A stretch of 62,133 bases of DNA, counting the filler, from Hausera hauseri (taxonomy: Eukaryota): the NCBI GenBank assembly GCA_046269625.1. It is 10 parts of 10 records of this genome, joined end to end, with 100 filler letters (N's around TTAATTAATTAA, not from the genome) between each part and the next. Parts side by side here need not be neighbours in the genome. Positions count along the whole stretch, not along the records: positions 24,379 to 28,726 come from JBJURY010623997.1; positions 28,827 to 33,721 come from JBJURY010400479.1; positions 33,822 to 43,801 come from JBJURY010259954.1; 7 more parts are not named here. One strand, given 5' to 3'. Below, one piece after another: positions 24,688 to 36,575 of this stretch; the stretch's first letter is position 1; each line of letters starts with the position of its first letter. The translations under genes were made by a program, and so were the position numbers. A model generated the notes under the pieces. That model was given only the letters and a program-made list of their open reading frames with translations. It was not told the DNA's origin and ran no database searches.

Positions 24688-27088
24688 CGGTTGTCCACTG
24701 GTCTAAATGGAATGGTGTTGTCTATGAGACTCTAAACATTCCCTATTTTTTTAAATAACTGAGTCAGAAAAAAACATACAATTTAGTTATATTTTTTTAA
24801 ATGCTATTTGTGCAATTGAGCGAAGATACGAAACTGCCCACGAGAGAAGTTAATTGGTATTTGCACATATCATCTATATGAAATTCCAAGCTGCCTTTAT
24901 TTTTTAGCTAAATTTGTGATGGTGCGTTGTGAAAGTTAGCTGCAGCACTCGTTCAAGAAGACAATGCAAAAATGTCGCTAATGAAGTGATTGGTTATGTG
25001 TATGAAAATTCTGATTTATCCGAAAGCGAAGATAATATATATGATGATGCTTCATCAAATGCCAGCGAGATGTCCGACATTCCTCAGAAAGTGAAGCATC
25101 AGCATCCCCCGCTGATATTCTGGATGTCGACTGTTTGACTACCATAGAAACTAGCTCTGACTGATGAAAGTGATAAGGATGATGAACTCATCCAAATCCC
25201 AATAAAAATCTTACTTCGGCTTCTCGAAGCGTCTGGCACACGACTCCTCCACCAAATCAAGGTCGCACAGCCACATAAAATATCGTAAAGTTTCGTGCTG
25301 GTCCACGTAATGAGGGTAATCCCTCAACTGAAACAGAAGCTGTACGTCTTTTTTTGGACACTATTCTTGAAGATGTCGTATATTATACAACCGACAACGA
25401 AAATGACAGGTTCTTAAATGGAATAATGAAAATCCGAGTTAACGCAAAGTTTGGAAGACAGTGGATCTTGTGGAATTGGAAGCTTTTATTGGTCTCCTAA
25501 TAGTCATTGGAACATTTAAAGCGAAGTTTCTAACTGTGGAAGACATGTGGTCTATCTTGAGATGGAATTCCTGTTTGTAGAGCCACAATATCAATGGAAC
25601 ATTTTCAGCAGATTAAATCAGCTATGCAATTTAACGACCCACTACGAGGGGACAAAGAAGACCATTTGACACCAGTGAGAGAGATTACGAGAGCATTTAT
25701 CAAGAAGCTCCAATTAATATATGTGCCCAGTGAGTGGTTGACAATCGACGAACAACTGTTAGAGTTACACGGACTGGTTCTTTTCAAACAATATATCAGC
25801 ACCAAGACTAGCAAGTTTGGAATTAAAATTATGTAGCTGTGTGATGCTCAACCCTATTATGCTCTCAATGCTCTGGTGTGTATCGGCAAGGGCTCCCTTT
25901 CACCAGGAGAAAACGTCACTATCAAAGGCGTAACTATGCACTTGATGCAACCCTATTTGAACACGGGTAGACACCTAACTGACGATAAGTGGTTTTCTTC
26001 TGTTGAACTCGCAGAAGAGTTGATGCTCAAGAAAACGTCTTACATTGGAACATTGCGTAGTAACAGCCGCGAAGTTCCTCCAATAGCCAGATCAATCATC
26101 AACCGCGCAAGAAAGGACACTCGAGTCTATTACAATGGTCAAAGAATCTCTGTCGTATCTTTCTGGGATAAGGGGACAAAACTTGTACTGTTGATAGACA
26201 CATTGCACCGGACTGTACCTGTTCCCCAAGACAATGGAAAGTGTGTCACGGTATTGGAATACAATCGCATGAAATCTGGTATGGATATATTTGATAATCA
26301 TGTCCGTGGATACTCATGCAAAAGAAAATGCAGATGTTGGCCTTATGCCATCTTTTCCAACCTCATTGATATAGAAACGAACAATGGATATATCATCTTG
26401 AGTGACTGGGTCAAAAGAAGCTTATAATGAGTTTCTGAAGAACGTGGACTATCAGCTTGTTGACCAGCAGATCAAGCGTTGCATGGAGGACTATCGACTC
26501 AAGCAGAGTGTGAAGCTAGCAATGGACTTGTTTGGATATCATGTTGTCAAACTTTCTTTGCCAACACTTCTGAATGACAGGAAGTCAATTAAGCTGGAGA
26601 AAAGAGATCGATGTACATATTACCCACATTCTAAAGACAGGAAAACATCTTGGGCTTTTCCGCGATGCAAGCGACCATTCTGCTTGTAGCAAAGAGTTGA
26701 TATGTGCGTTGCTTGTTCAAGAAATCCTTTCCAGACTGTTGCCATTTGAAACTTGTTGTCTATTTGTGTAATTCAACTTCTGTTAATTATAACCCTCTGA
26801 GTTCGTGAATGTTTCTTTATTTATACTGACATACAGTGGCTAGAATTGTTCCAAGAAATGAATAAATATATGACAATCCTCAAGAGTTCGACAGACACAG
26901 ACCACAGACAGATAAATTTCTCACAAGTATCTTAAATTGCAGATATCTACACGACTTTTTTTAGGAAAGTATAAGGGCAGTTATTCAAGAAAAGTTATAA
27001 AATTTCATCGCTCTCAGTCACTCCTACTCTAAGAATTTTTGTTGCCAAAATTCAAAGTGTCTGTCAGACCAAGACCAGAGGACAACCG
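24688..27088 (+). mobile_element. Full-length (2.4 kb) piggyBac DNA transposon, decayed
   Basis: TTAA TSDs at 24684-24687 and 27089-27092; 17-bp TIRs CGGTTGTCCACTGGTCT / AGACCAGAGGACAACCG (16/17 match). Confidence 0.93.
24929..26720 (+). pseudogene. piggyBac (PGBD) transposase pseudogene
   Basis: Acidic N-terminus, LTIDEQL, KFGIK, HLTDDKWFSS, YIGTLRSN, YNRMKSGMDIFD, C-terminal Cys-rich remnant; many stops and frameshifts. Confidence 0.9.
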
Positions 27089-29684
27089 TTAATAACACAG
27101 ATTCATTTACAGGATTAAGTTGCATTAATTCTTATTATATAACATAAATATTAACGCTATTAACCTCAACAACTACAAGAACCTTCTGGTGATTCATTAG
27201 GTGAGTTCTGTTAGTGTCATCCTGGGTCAAGTCTTAGTTTCTTCTGTGCTTCGTTAATGCGTCGAATTTATCGTTTCTTCACTCAGTCAGGTCATAGGAT
27301 TTACTCTATTTTGTTCCTCAAATGGCGTCGTTTCGATCAACACGAGTCGAATTTAGTTCAGATGAAACTTCTAGATGACTAGGCCAAAATATATGAATGA
27401 AACTATACCTTGTTTAAGTAAATTAGTCAACGAAAATCGAAATGTATCCAGTCGCAAAATTTTCCTGAATATCGGATCGGAGATATTGTACGGTAATATA
27501 CATTGTGTTTTTATTAAGGTTAAATACTGCATATAAAAGCAAATATAAAAATCTATTTTGAATATCGTTCAACAATTATTATAATTGTTAACTTATCGGA
27601 GCAATTTTTGAAATTTATTCCTATGAAAACAATTATGAAAATTCGCCTCCGAAGATCATCTCACAATTATCAAAATTGCTGTCTAGTCAGTTGTAATTAT
27701 GAATATGTTTTTCGTCAGTGGTTCGAATCTTTGCCCGTGATTGCGAAAATTGGCCAATTATTTCTTCGATCTTGAATCAGCGCTTGTACATTATGTGACT
27801 GATTATTTTGGTACTTGTGTATTTTATGTTCCACTTGACTATTTTTGATTAATTTATTAATCTGCCACCTTGGTTAACAATAATTTGCGCTTTACAGGAT
27901 TGGTGGAAGTACCCATCAAGGGGTTTAACATAATAAAAACCAGAAGTCATTTATATATATAAGGATTTATTATTTACACGGAAGTATTAAAATAGTAGTA
28001 GTCAATTATTTTGGATTGTAAAATTTCGAATCACAGAATATTATTGTCAATGTATATTCTTTTCGATTCGATTGGATTCGGATTTTATGATTCGGTGCAA
28101 TTGAATTTGAATTGAAAATTTTGGATTAGATTTTTTGGTCATGGTTTATTTTATTAATAAACCCTAACAAATTTCCTGCTTAGATATTAAAGGAAAAACT
28201 AAAGAACCAACCTTACATTATAAATTTATTTATGAAATTACTAAGAGTTTTCTGAACAGAAAAATCAATTTAGAGAAGTAGTTTATTTTATGGATACAGA
28301 TAACCCAGGATGGCGATATGATTTTAAATTTTTGTGCTACTTGTGCAACGCATATAAATTTTACAAGGAACAAAGGAGGCTTCTTATTATAAAGTGGCAG
28401 ACATTACCTTCTCTTAATGCAGTACGGTGAAATTTTCGAGCTGTATATTGCCGTATAACCTACTTTTTGTTGCCTAATTGGTGGGAAACCTTAAGGAATC
28501 TGTTGCCAATTTTGTGGAATATCAGTGGCAGGAAGCTTGGTTTTCTACACAAATGTCCAGCGATAAGATAGCGGCTTCATTATTAAAGGAAATCAAGAAT
28601 CTGAAATGTCCCTCTACAGTAGGTGGTTACTCAGTGTCTAGAACAAGGTCAGTTTTTTTTCCCACGGTCGTGTATGGCGGACTCGGTACGGGCCGGGTGT
28701 GGTGTTCCGCGAGCGGAACACGGCCCNNNNNNNNNNNNNNNNNNNNNNNNNNNNNNNNNNNNNNNNNNNNTTAATTAATTAANNNNNNNNNNNNNNNNNN
28801 NNNNNNNNNNNNNNNNNNNNNNNNNNATAGAACTGCCTGATCCAGCATCTATTCGACAGAGTCAATTTGGATATCATGTCAAGGACATAACAGATAAGAA
28901 TTACATGAAACTGGCTGCAGAATTACAGGCACTGGGAATAAGCCCTAACAGGTTAAATGAAGAAAGGCAGCATTATTTTCGAGCAGATGCAGTAAAATTC
29001 AAGGATTTTATGGGCCGCGATATACCATCAATGGATTTATCCCAATACACAATGGCATATTTTTGTGTCCAACAGGAGTTTGTAAATACACCGTTGTTGT
29101 TTTCCTCATCTGTCGCTATTTTTTTGTAATTGTCGACGAATTGATGCGCTTTTGTTCTCTTTATCTGATAGTGCCGGAATATCGCATCAGAACCACAACA
29201 GCCCAGATTTATAGATCCATATTTGAGATTTGATACGATGACTCAATTTACAACAGAACGATTTTCTTGTATACGAACACCACACCAAAATACTGTATAC
29301 CCTCAGTCCAGACTGTACAACACACCAATTATTATTCTATGGCGGTATCGGTAATATTCACTAACCATTGGAAGAAGAAGGTCAAATAAAGCTGATCAAA
29401 TAAATACCTGAGCGATCAAGAAACAGGTGTCAGCCTCATGTTTTAATTACTGTATATAAAGACATCATGAAATCAACGTTAGATTAAGTTAGGGTGGGTG
29501 ATTTGGTATGCAATATTCTAACAATATACAACAATCGATAACCGAAACAAAGTTCAAAGACAGGTTAACCAATACGTCAACAAAAGATTTGACCAAGTGT
29601 TTTCTTGTTGTTTTGCCAAAAATAAAAATATTCATCAAATATTTAGCCTATAGCCTCAAATCAATATCTCACGACTGGTTGTCC

Positions 29685-29795
29685 TTTTTTCCTCAACAAA
29701 GTTATCTGCTTATTCATGGAACTACAGACGACAATCTAAATTATCTAAACAGTACACGATTCGTTCGAACCCATGTTGTACAAAACAACAATGGG
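29685..29795 (+). pseudogene. Fragment of a dipeptidyl-peptidase IV / S9 peptidase C-terminus
   Basis: SYLLIHGTTDDNLNY resembles the DPP4-family YLLIHGTADDNVHF catalytic-Asp motif; no flanking exons recognised. Confidence 0.6.
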
Positions 29796-29974
29796 CAATG
29801 AGATTAAACTGTCAATAATCTGTGTATATAGTGATATTGAGTTTTTTTGTAATTCAAAAAAATTGTAATTTATATCTGTTAAGCCTTTTGTTTTTCATTT
29901 TAATGATTAAGTCAAGTGAATTTGCGGATTTAATCAAAAACCAATAATGGTGTCAGAAATTCATAATTTTCTCA

Positions 29975-31470
29975 ATGGAATTTGATAGTTTTTGTAAACT
30001 TTGGAATTATGAACGTGTGACTGATATTTATAATGACATTAGCAATCCTGAAAATATCAAGAAATATTTTACTAATAATGAATTTGATTATTCTATTATT
30101 CATTTCATAACTGAAACCGAGGTTTTTGATACGAAATCTAAGGTTCTAACAATTTTGACAGCTTATGTAGAACATTTTACAGTTCATTCTAGTGGCGTTT
30201 ATTACGATATTATTAATATTTTTAATCAATTCACAAAATCGTCAGAAAAATTTCGTCCGATTTTCAACGAATTATTGAAATTGGTAATAGCAAAATACAA
30301 TACATCAATGATAAATGGGCACCTCAAAACAATAGCCAATTTTGTAGTATTGCCATCAATCTCATTATGAAGTGATTCTGATGGGAATATCATTGAAATT
30401 GAAGGATATGTCAAAATTCACAAATATTCTTTGGAAATGCGAGAAAAAGAATGTTTTACGAGTCTCAAAAGTTTATCGGAGAATATTATTTTACAAAACG
30501 ATTTTCGTGAGTATTCCCGTGTGATTTTCACATTACTCCACGAATCCGGATTAAATTTACAATACGACCGTCAATTGGCGCAAAACATATCCGATTTTAT
30601 ACTTACGGCGATGAATGATAAATATATTCATCGCACCGATTCCTAATTGAAATTTTTTTTGTTGTTAGTGGTCGTTCTATTGAAGAATTTCTGTTTTCAG
30701 TGGATTCCATCTATTACTAATAATTGTCATTACAACTAGTTTTTTTTACAAAATTTTTCAATCGTATTTTCAACAATGTCGACAATGGTTATTGCAAACT
30801 CCATTTCTTTAATTGATGAAAGCACTGGATTTTACGTGAATTCGTTGGAAATATTGTTGAAATATTTACAATTTGTTAATGACGACGTTGACCAAGAATT
30901 TGATTCATTTAATAAAATGTTTCGGAAATCTCTCATGCTTCGTGTAAGCGAATATGCCGATTTTATGACGAATACGTTGAAATGTGCCGACAAATTTGAC
31001 AAAATAAAACAATGTTATTTTCGATCGCTGTGAATTGCCATTGAGATTTTGGGAAAAGAAAATTCAGCGTTTATTTCTTCATGTTCTGATTTTGGTAAAT
31101 GTCTTCTTAATCAAACGGATTCGGTTTTTTTCCCAGGGACAACATTCTTTTATATCAATTATTTACGATGTCATATCAGTTTGCGCAGGTATGCTGAAAT
31201 ATGTTAATGGAGATTCTTTAAAGTTTATTTGTACAATTCTCCATCGCTTATTGGAATTATTTGTTAAAATTGTAATTACATTCAAACCGGATGGTTATGG
31301 ACTTCATTCGGTTTTGAAGAGTTTCTTTGATATTTCAGTTGATTATTTTATGCTCGCCGATCAACTCGATTGTTGTTTGAAAAGTATCCAGCAATTTGTC
31401 GGAATTTTAAAGAAAAGTCTTTCGAATTTTAAATTGATCGAACTGAAATTTTGTGCGTTCAAGTTGATGT
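29975..31470 (+). pseudogene. Unidentified helical-protein coding fragments, with stops
   Basis: Consecutive same-strand ORFs (29975, 30431, 30776, 31035) with amphipathic-helix character, interrupted by in-frame stops; family not recognised. Confidence 0.35.
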
Positions 31471-31484
31471 TCGAGGGCAATAGC

Positions 31485-32210
31485 CGAAAAATGGCTCAAA
31501 AGTTATTAAAATTCTTAGGTAATGTTATGGTCAATGGTCCTGCTACCATGTTAGCAACCTCAATCCGTCCATCAGATCAGAGTCCTAAGATACCACATTG
31601 ACAAAGACGCAGAGTATCCCAAAGGTTGGCGTGACAAGTTATTAGATTTAGGCGCAGAAGAATTTGCTAAGGCCGTTCGGAAACTTCAAGGTTGTTTATT
31701 TATGGACACAACGTTTCGTGATGTAAATCAATCTTTGTTGGCAACTAGAATTAGAACATACGATTTAGCTGCTATCAGCCCATTCGCTGCACATAATTCA
31801 CCAAATTTCCTTAGTTTAGAAAATTGGGAAGGAACCACATTTGATGTTTCAATAAGATCTTTGCGAGAATGTTCCTGTGAAAGACGGGAAACTCTTCGAA
31901 ATCCGATTCCTAATATTCATTTTCAGATATTTATTAGGGGTGCCAGTGCAGTCGGTTATATCAATTACCTGGATAATGTTGTCTTCAAATTTTGTGAACT
32001 AGCAGTTCAAGCAGGCATGGATGTTTTTCATGTTTTCGACTGTTTTAACTTTTTGCCAAATTTGATTATCGGAATGGAAGCCGCAGGAACAGCTGGAGAG
32101 GTCGTAGAAGAATCTTTTCGTTATAGTGGTTATCTTACAGATTCATTGAGGATAAATTATACACTTGATTACTATATGAAAGAAGCAGATGAGCTGGTCA
32201 AAGCCGAAAC
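31485..32210 (+). pseudogene. PC: Pyruvate carboxylase internal fragment (carboxyltransferase domain start), intronless and decayed
   Basis: AQKLLKFLGNVMVNGP, MDTTFRDVNQSLLATR, SLENWEGTTFDV, RGASAVGY, GMDVF. Conserved RDAHQ and WGGATFD are mutated; frameshift at ~31600. Confidence 0.9.
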
Positions 32211-32216
32211 TTTACG

Positions 32217-33721
32217 TGTTATGCCAGTGACATGTTTACGGAATATTCTGCCTACATTTTGTAAATCGTCGAAAGAACCTACTTACCGAAATCCGTTCGC
32301 CGAACTGTGACCTGCTTGAAAAACATTCAATCTGATAGTATTTATGGACGACTCCATTTTCTACTTGTCGATGAAACGGATATACGATAAGGTAGGATTT
32401 GTCATTGCGTATTGTTCGTCCGACGACCACCCTTTTATTTTGTTTCTTATTAGCGATTCCTATTTTCCGTTTTCCTCACCCGTTTTTGTCCTTACCATGT
32501 CCGCCGTTGATACAACATCACCCTTTTAAACTTCGCCCTCCGTTGCGGTTGCCTTTTACAGCCCATTTATTTTGATTTTTCAGATTTTTGTCCATATCTG
32601 TGCAACAATACTCTTGAGTCCCGAGTACATTACAGCGTGACCGACTACCCAAGCGTCCGTCCAATACCAGTGGGTCCCACACCAAGGTCTGTTCCATCGC
32701 TACACCAAATATGGCCTGTGACACCTCTTTCGTTTTACTTTTTATTAAATAATTCATACATACTGACGCACAATATAACATACCACACAGACTCACTGTA
32801 CTTACACAAATATGTAAAACATTTTACAGCCCTTTTAAACTTTTATTTAACTCTTAATAACCTACCGGTCGTTAATGCCAATGTCCGCATTTTTTTTCGC
32901 CTTCAACCTCACACCTGGTTATCCATGTACATTTGCGCATACGTGGTGAAATGGACTCTTCACTCACCATTGGCACCACTGACAAAACTACCTCTAAACA
33001 ATCACATTTTGCTTTTCATCAGAAATGACCGACCGTAACTACACCATCTACTTTTACCAGTTATACATCTTCCATCCCGCCAACCAAACACACTCATTTT
33101 CAGTGCATGGAATATTCTATCGATTACGAAAAATCCAGCAAAAATTGGCTCAGCTTTTACAAACTTTGGCTGCAGTTTAACAACGTTACTGAACCCTCAG
33201 CAAAAGCTCATAGTTTACTTTGCCTTTTACGAAACACAGTAAAGACTTCTCTTCACGATATTTTAGACATCTTTCAAAAATCCGACCCGGACACACATCT
33301 TTATAACGCAGTCTTAAAACTTATCTAACCGTCTACGGATTCCTTAATACATAGATTCTTTAATGATAACGCAATGGAAACATAAAATCTTCTGAGTTCC
33401 TGCGAACATCGTTGACTCACCTACAAACGCTAGGTGTAACTAGGCAGCACAATTTAAACCTTCTGCGACGATATTTCTTAAACGCGTTGCCTATACAAAT
33501 TATGGCACTTCTTACCGTTGTCGAGGAATCTACGGCCTTGGATAAATTGGCGGAATTGGCTGATAAAGCACATAAAGTGCTACAATTGAATTCTCAAACA
33601 ATTGTGTCAGCAGCGGTCACAACAAGCGACAATCACTCAATACAACTATAGAGCAACAGATGAGCCAATTGCGCGCTGAAAATTTAGCACTATAACAGAC
33701 AATAAATAACATTAATAATAG
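32217..33721 (+). mobile_element. 5' part of a CsRn1/Boudicca-like Ty3/gypsy element (putative LTR, leader and decayed gag)
   Basis: Gag remnant 33107-33721 (LYNAVLKL, LLRRYFLNALP, LDKLAELADKAH) is clearly homologous to the gag at 48090-48700; LTR limits uncertain. Confidence 0.7.
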
Positions 33722-33821
33722 NNNNNNNNNNNNNNNNNNNNNNNNNNNNNNNNNNNNNNNNNNNNTTAATTAATTAANNNNNNNNNNNNNNNNNNNNNNN
33801 NNNNNNNNNNNNNNNNNNNNN

Positions 33822-35152
33822 GTTATTTGATTTCACTACTATGTCTTTTTGAGCATGACTTGCCGTTGGTTTCAGGTGGTTGTCAAGGACTTCTACTGGA
33901 TTATTTTGAACTGTCACTTGAAATCGGTTATGTTCTTGGGGTACTATTTGCCGATAACTCGGGTATTTACTAAATTCTTTTTGGAATTTTTGTATTAGAG
34001 TCTTGGGGTTATTGTCGGATATCGCATTCTGCATGTGATTTCTGGGTTTCCACTCGTGATTCCATCGTAACGAGTCATAGATATCTTTTATAAATTTGGT
34101 CCGTTGTCTTGCTGTCATCAGCTTAGAGAATTTGGATAGTTCACCATTCATGGCTTCTAGTATAATCTTAAATTGCGATTCGCGCAATGCTGACGGAAGC
34201 AGGCAACCTCTTTTCTGCATCAAGGTATTTTCTACTTGGCTCACAACAGCTGGGTTCCGGCTCAATTCTCAAATTCCAGCTATGTGTTCTTGCCTAATTC
34301 CTAGTCGCTCCAACGCTTCGTGCGCTCGGAATCCGGTAACATTATATCCATATAAACAATGGCTTATATCTTCTTGGATCTCCAAGAAATTCTTTCCTTT
34401 TTCGATCTGTACTTGTGTAATTCCTGTAACGTCGGGGAAAGTATCATTTATCCGCTCTCGAGGTGTGATTATTTTATTTATAATCTCTTTTCCATTAGGA
34501 TTTCTGATAGAGACTTCTATCCGAATATACCATCCGTCATCCTTTTCTCCAAAGTTTACGGCTAATGTCCGAATATTTCGGCCATCTGGGACTAATCTGT
34601 AAGATTCCTCATTTTGCTCTATTTCATCTTCCGATGGTTTCTGTACGGTGGTAGTGGCTTCATTACCTCTGTTCGCCACGTCATCTCGATCATGATTTTG
34701 GTCAGAAGGTCCGCAATCCTGAATTCCAGAGCATAATTCATGAGGCTATAGCAACATAGCTCATAAGTACTAAATTTCCACTGCTGTCCGTTTTGTATAC
34801 TCCAGGATTGCCCTACGATCCTGTATTGAATTTCTCCATCAGCGACATGTATGTACAACTTCTGATATGTCGGCTCGTAGGGAATCAGGTTCTTTAAAAG
34901 GTACGCCCGTGCATCCTTTGGGTTTTGCATGGCATATAATCAAACCAGTCCATTTTCTTCTAAACCCCATTTTAGTCCGTTTGGTATTTTACTCTCTTGG
35001 TTGAAATCTAGGTAGGCCTGGGTTTTCAGATTTTCTCCAATTTATCGATATAAACTCTAGGATAATGGTTTGAGAACAGTGGCGTGCTGCTATAAGAAAT
35101 CGTCGATATCATAATTGGAACTGACTGTTGGATTCTTTGCCTTCTCGGCCAT
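33822..35152 (-). pseudogene. Accessory ORF containing a DEDDh 3'-5' exonuclease-like (REX4/ISG20-like) domain
   Basis: ATG 35152 is in frame with ORF 34619-34930, then a frameshift leads into EVSIRNPNGKEIINKIITPRERINDTFPDVTGIT..KGKNFLEIQEDISHCLYGYNVTG..L..LGI. An in-frame TGA at 34269 joins it to the ORF 34265-33822. The ExoI acidic motif is degenerate. Confidence 0.55.
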
Positions 35153-35160
35153 ACTTACTC

Positions 35161-35185
35161 CTGCTGAAATAAAAATAAAGGTCAA
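35161..35185 (-). promoter_or_regulatory. Putative branch point and 3' splice acceptor just upstream of ATG 35152
   Basis: Minus strand reads TTGAC CTTTATTTTTATTTCAG CAG GAGTAAGT ATG. Confidence 0.5.
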
Positions 35186-35300
35186 TCCTAAGACAAATCA
35201 TCATTTTGAAACAAAACATTTTCTCTGTCTGATGATAGGATAACCCGATCTGTAGTTGTCAGGTTATGCCATCATAAAGTCCATCTTGGTGCCCTTTTAC

Positions 35301-36575
35301 CTATTTATCTCTCTTCCGATTTTTACAGCGCTTATTACACTTTTTGGAAACTAGAAAAATCATCGCTGTTAATATAACAAGAACGAAAATTGACAAACTC
35401 AATATGGCTATCGTCGGTAAACTGCTTGGTTCAATAGAACCTTTTGTGGTAAAAGCATTTTGCGTACTAAGATCTCTATACTTCATTACTTCGATCTTGT
35501 TGTCTACAGTCCGCACTGTATAAGTTTTAGGGTTCTTACCCTTTGCGGTGATTCTAACTATGTAGTCGTGTTGCGGTCGTAATTACCTACATTCAGTTTC
35601 CTGACTACTCTTCCTCAGGATCACAACTTGGTTGGTGTGCATGGTGCGATATTCAATTTTGACGTCTTGATTTAACGTCTCTTCAGCGAAAAATAGAATT
35701 TTATCGCTTTTTTCCAAAATATTAACTAGTATGCTTCCTGGCATTTCGTCCGAAGTGACCATTGTAGTATTGTGAGTTGTACTCGGAGCAGTGGACGGTT
35801 TTCTCGTAGTGGTTGAGAATGGAAGTTCCCATATTCCGTTTTTCGGACGATATACCCGTAAATAAGTACTTCTCTCTCCGGGGTACGTATCATACAAATC
35901 AAATTGCAGCCGATACACTTGTCCTAGTTGTAGTATACAGCATGAAGTAGATCGGCCTGTGGCCAAAAAGCAATACTTTCAGTTAGGAATTGAAGCATTC
36001 AATGGTATAAATCGGACAGAAATTTGTCTGTCTCCAGGCAGTTTCACCTTCGTTTTAATGCGAATACATCGGTTTTTAAAGTTCTTGTAAATCCCAATAA
36101 TGTTCTAGTCCAAAAGTTCTTTAAATGGGTTAGTGCTTCGAATTATTTTATCCGTTTTGGCTTGATTTTCGTTCTTTCGTAGAGGCATTCTTATTGAGAG
36201 TTCAGTAGTTATATAGGCTTGAGCTCCAAACTGATTAGAATAAAACATTTGAAATCCGTATCCGTAGACTTGTCAAAATCCAAATTACAACATCTTCTGT
36301 GCACTCCATACGGAAAATCACATGTTCTCATTGTGAACCCGGTTGCAAAAATTATTTAAAATTTCACATAACTCTGAATGGGTTCACTTGCTTCGAACAA
36401 GGCGCATGGTTTACTCCAATCCATATCGTATACTTTAAGTGATTGCATGTTTTGGATATCCCTTCGTCTTTCTGCATTTTGTAATCTTCCGGCTTAAGTT
36501 ATCGATTTCACCTTCGGTACATACGAAGCGATTAATGATAAGGCGAGAATTATCTATACATACGATATTGGTATA
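35301..36575 (-). pseudogene. Type I membrane protein downstream of integrase: signal peptide, Cys-rich domain, two FN3-like modules, S/T stalk, TM
   Basis: ISYV*IILALSLIASY signal-like segment in frame with integrase; CDFPYGVHRRCC; LQLGQVYRLQF and LRPQHDYIVRITAKG (FN3 LxPxxxYxVxVxA signature); STTTRKPSTAPSTT; TM IAILSLSIFVLVILTAMIFLV followed by a basic/Cys tail. Confidence 0.65.

Noticed and set aside
27320-27495. Possible exon remnant (..FPEYRIGDIVR|gt)
   Set aside because: Short, contains stops, and the family is not recognisable.
31702-32310. Functional pyruvate carboxylase gene
   Set aside because: Internal fragment only, frameshifted, with invariant motifs mutated and truncated by a retroelement.
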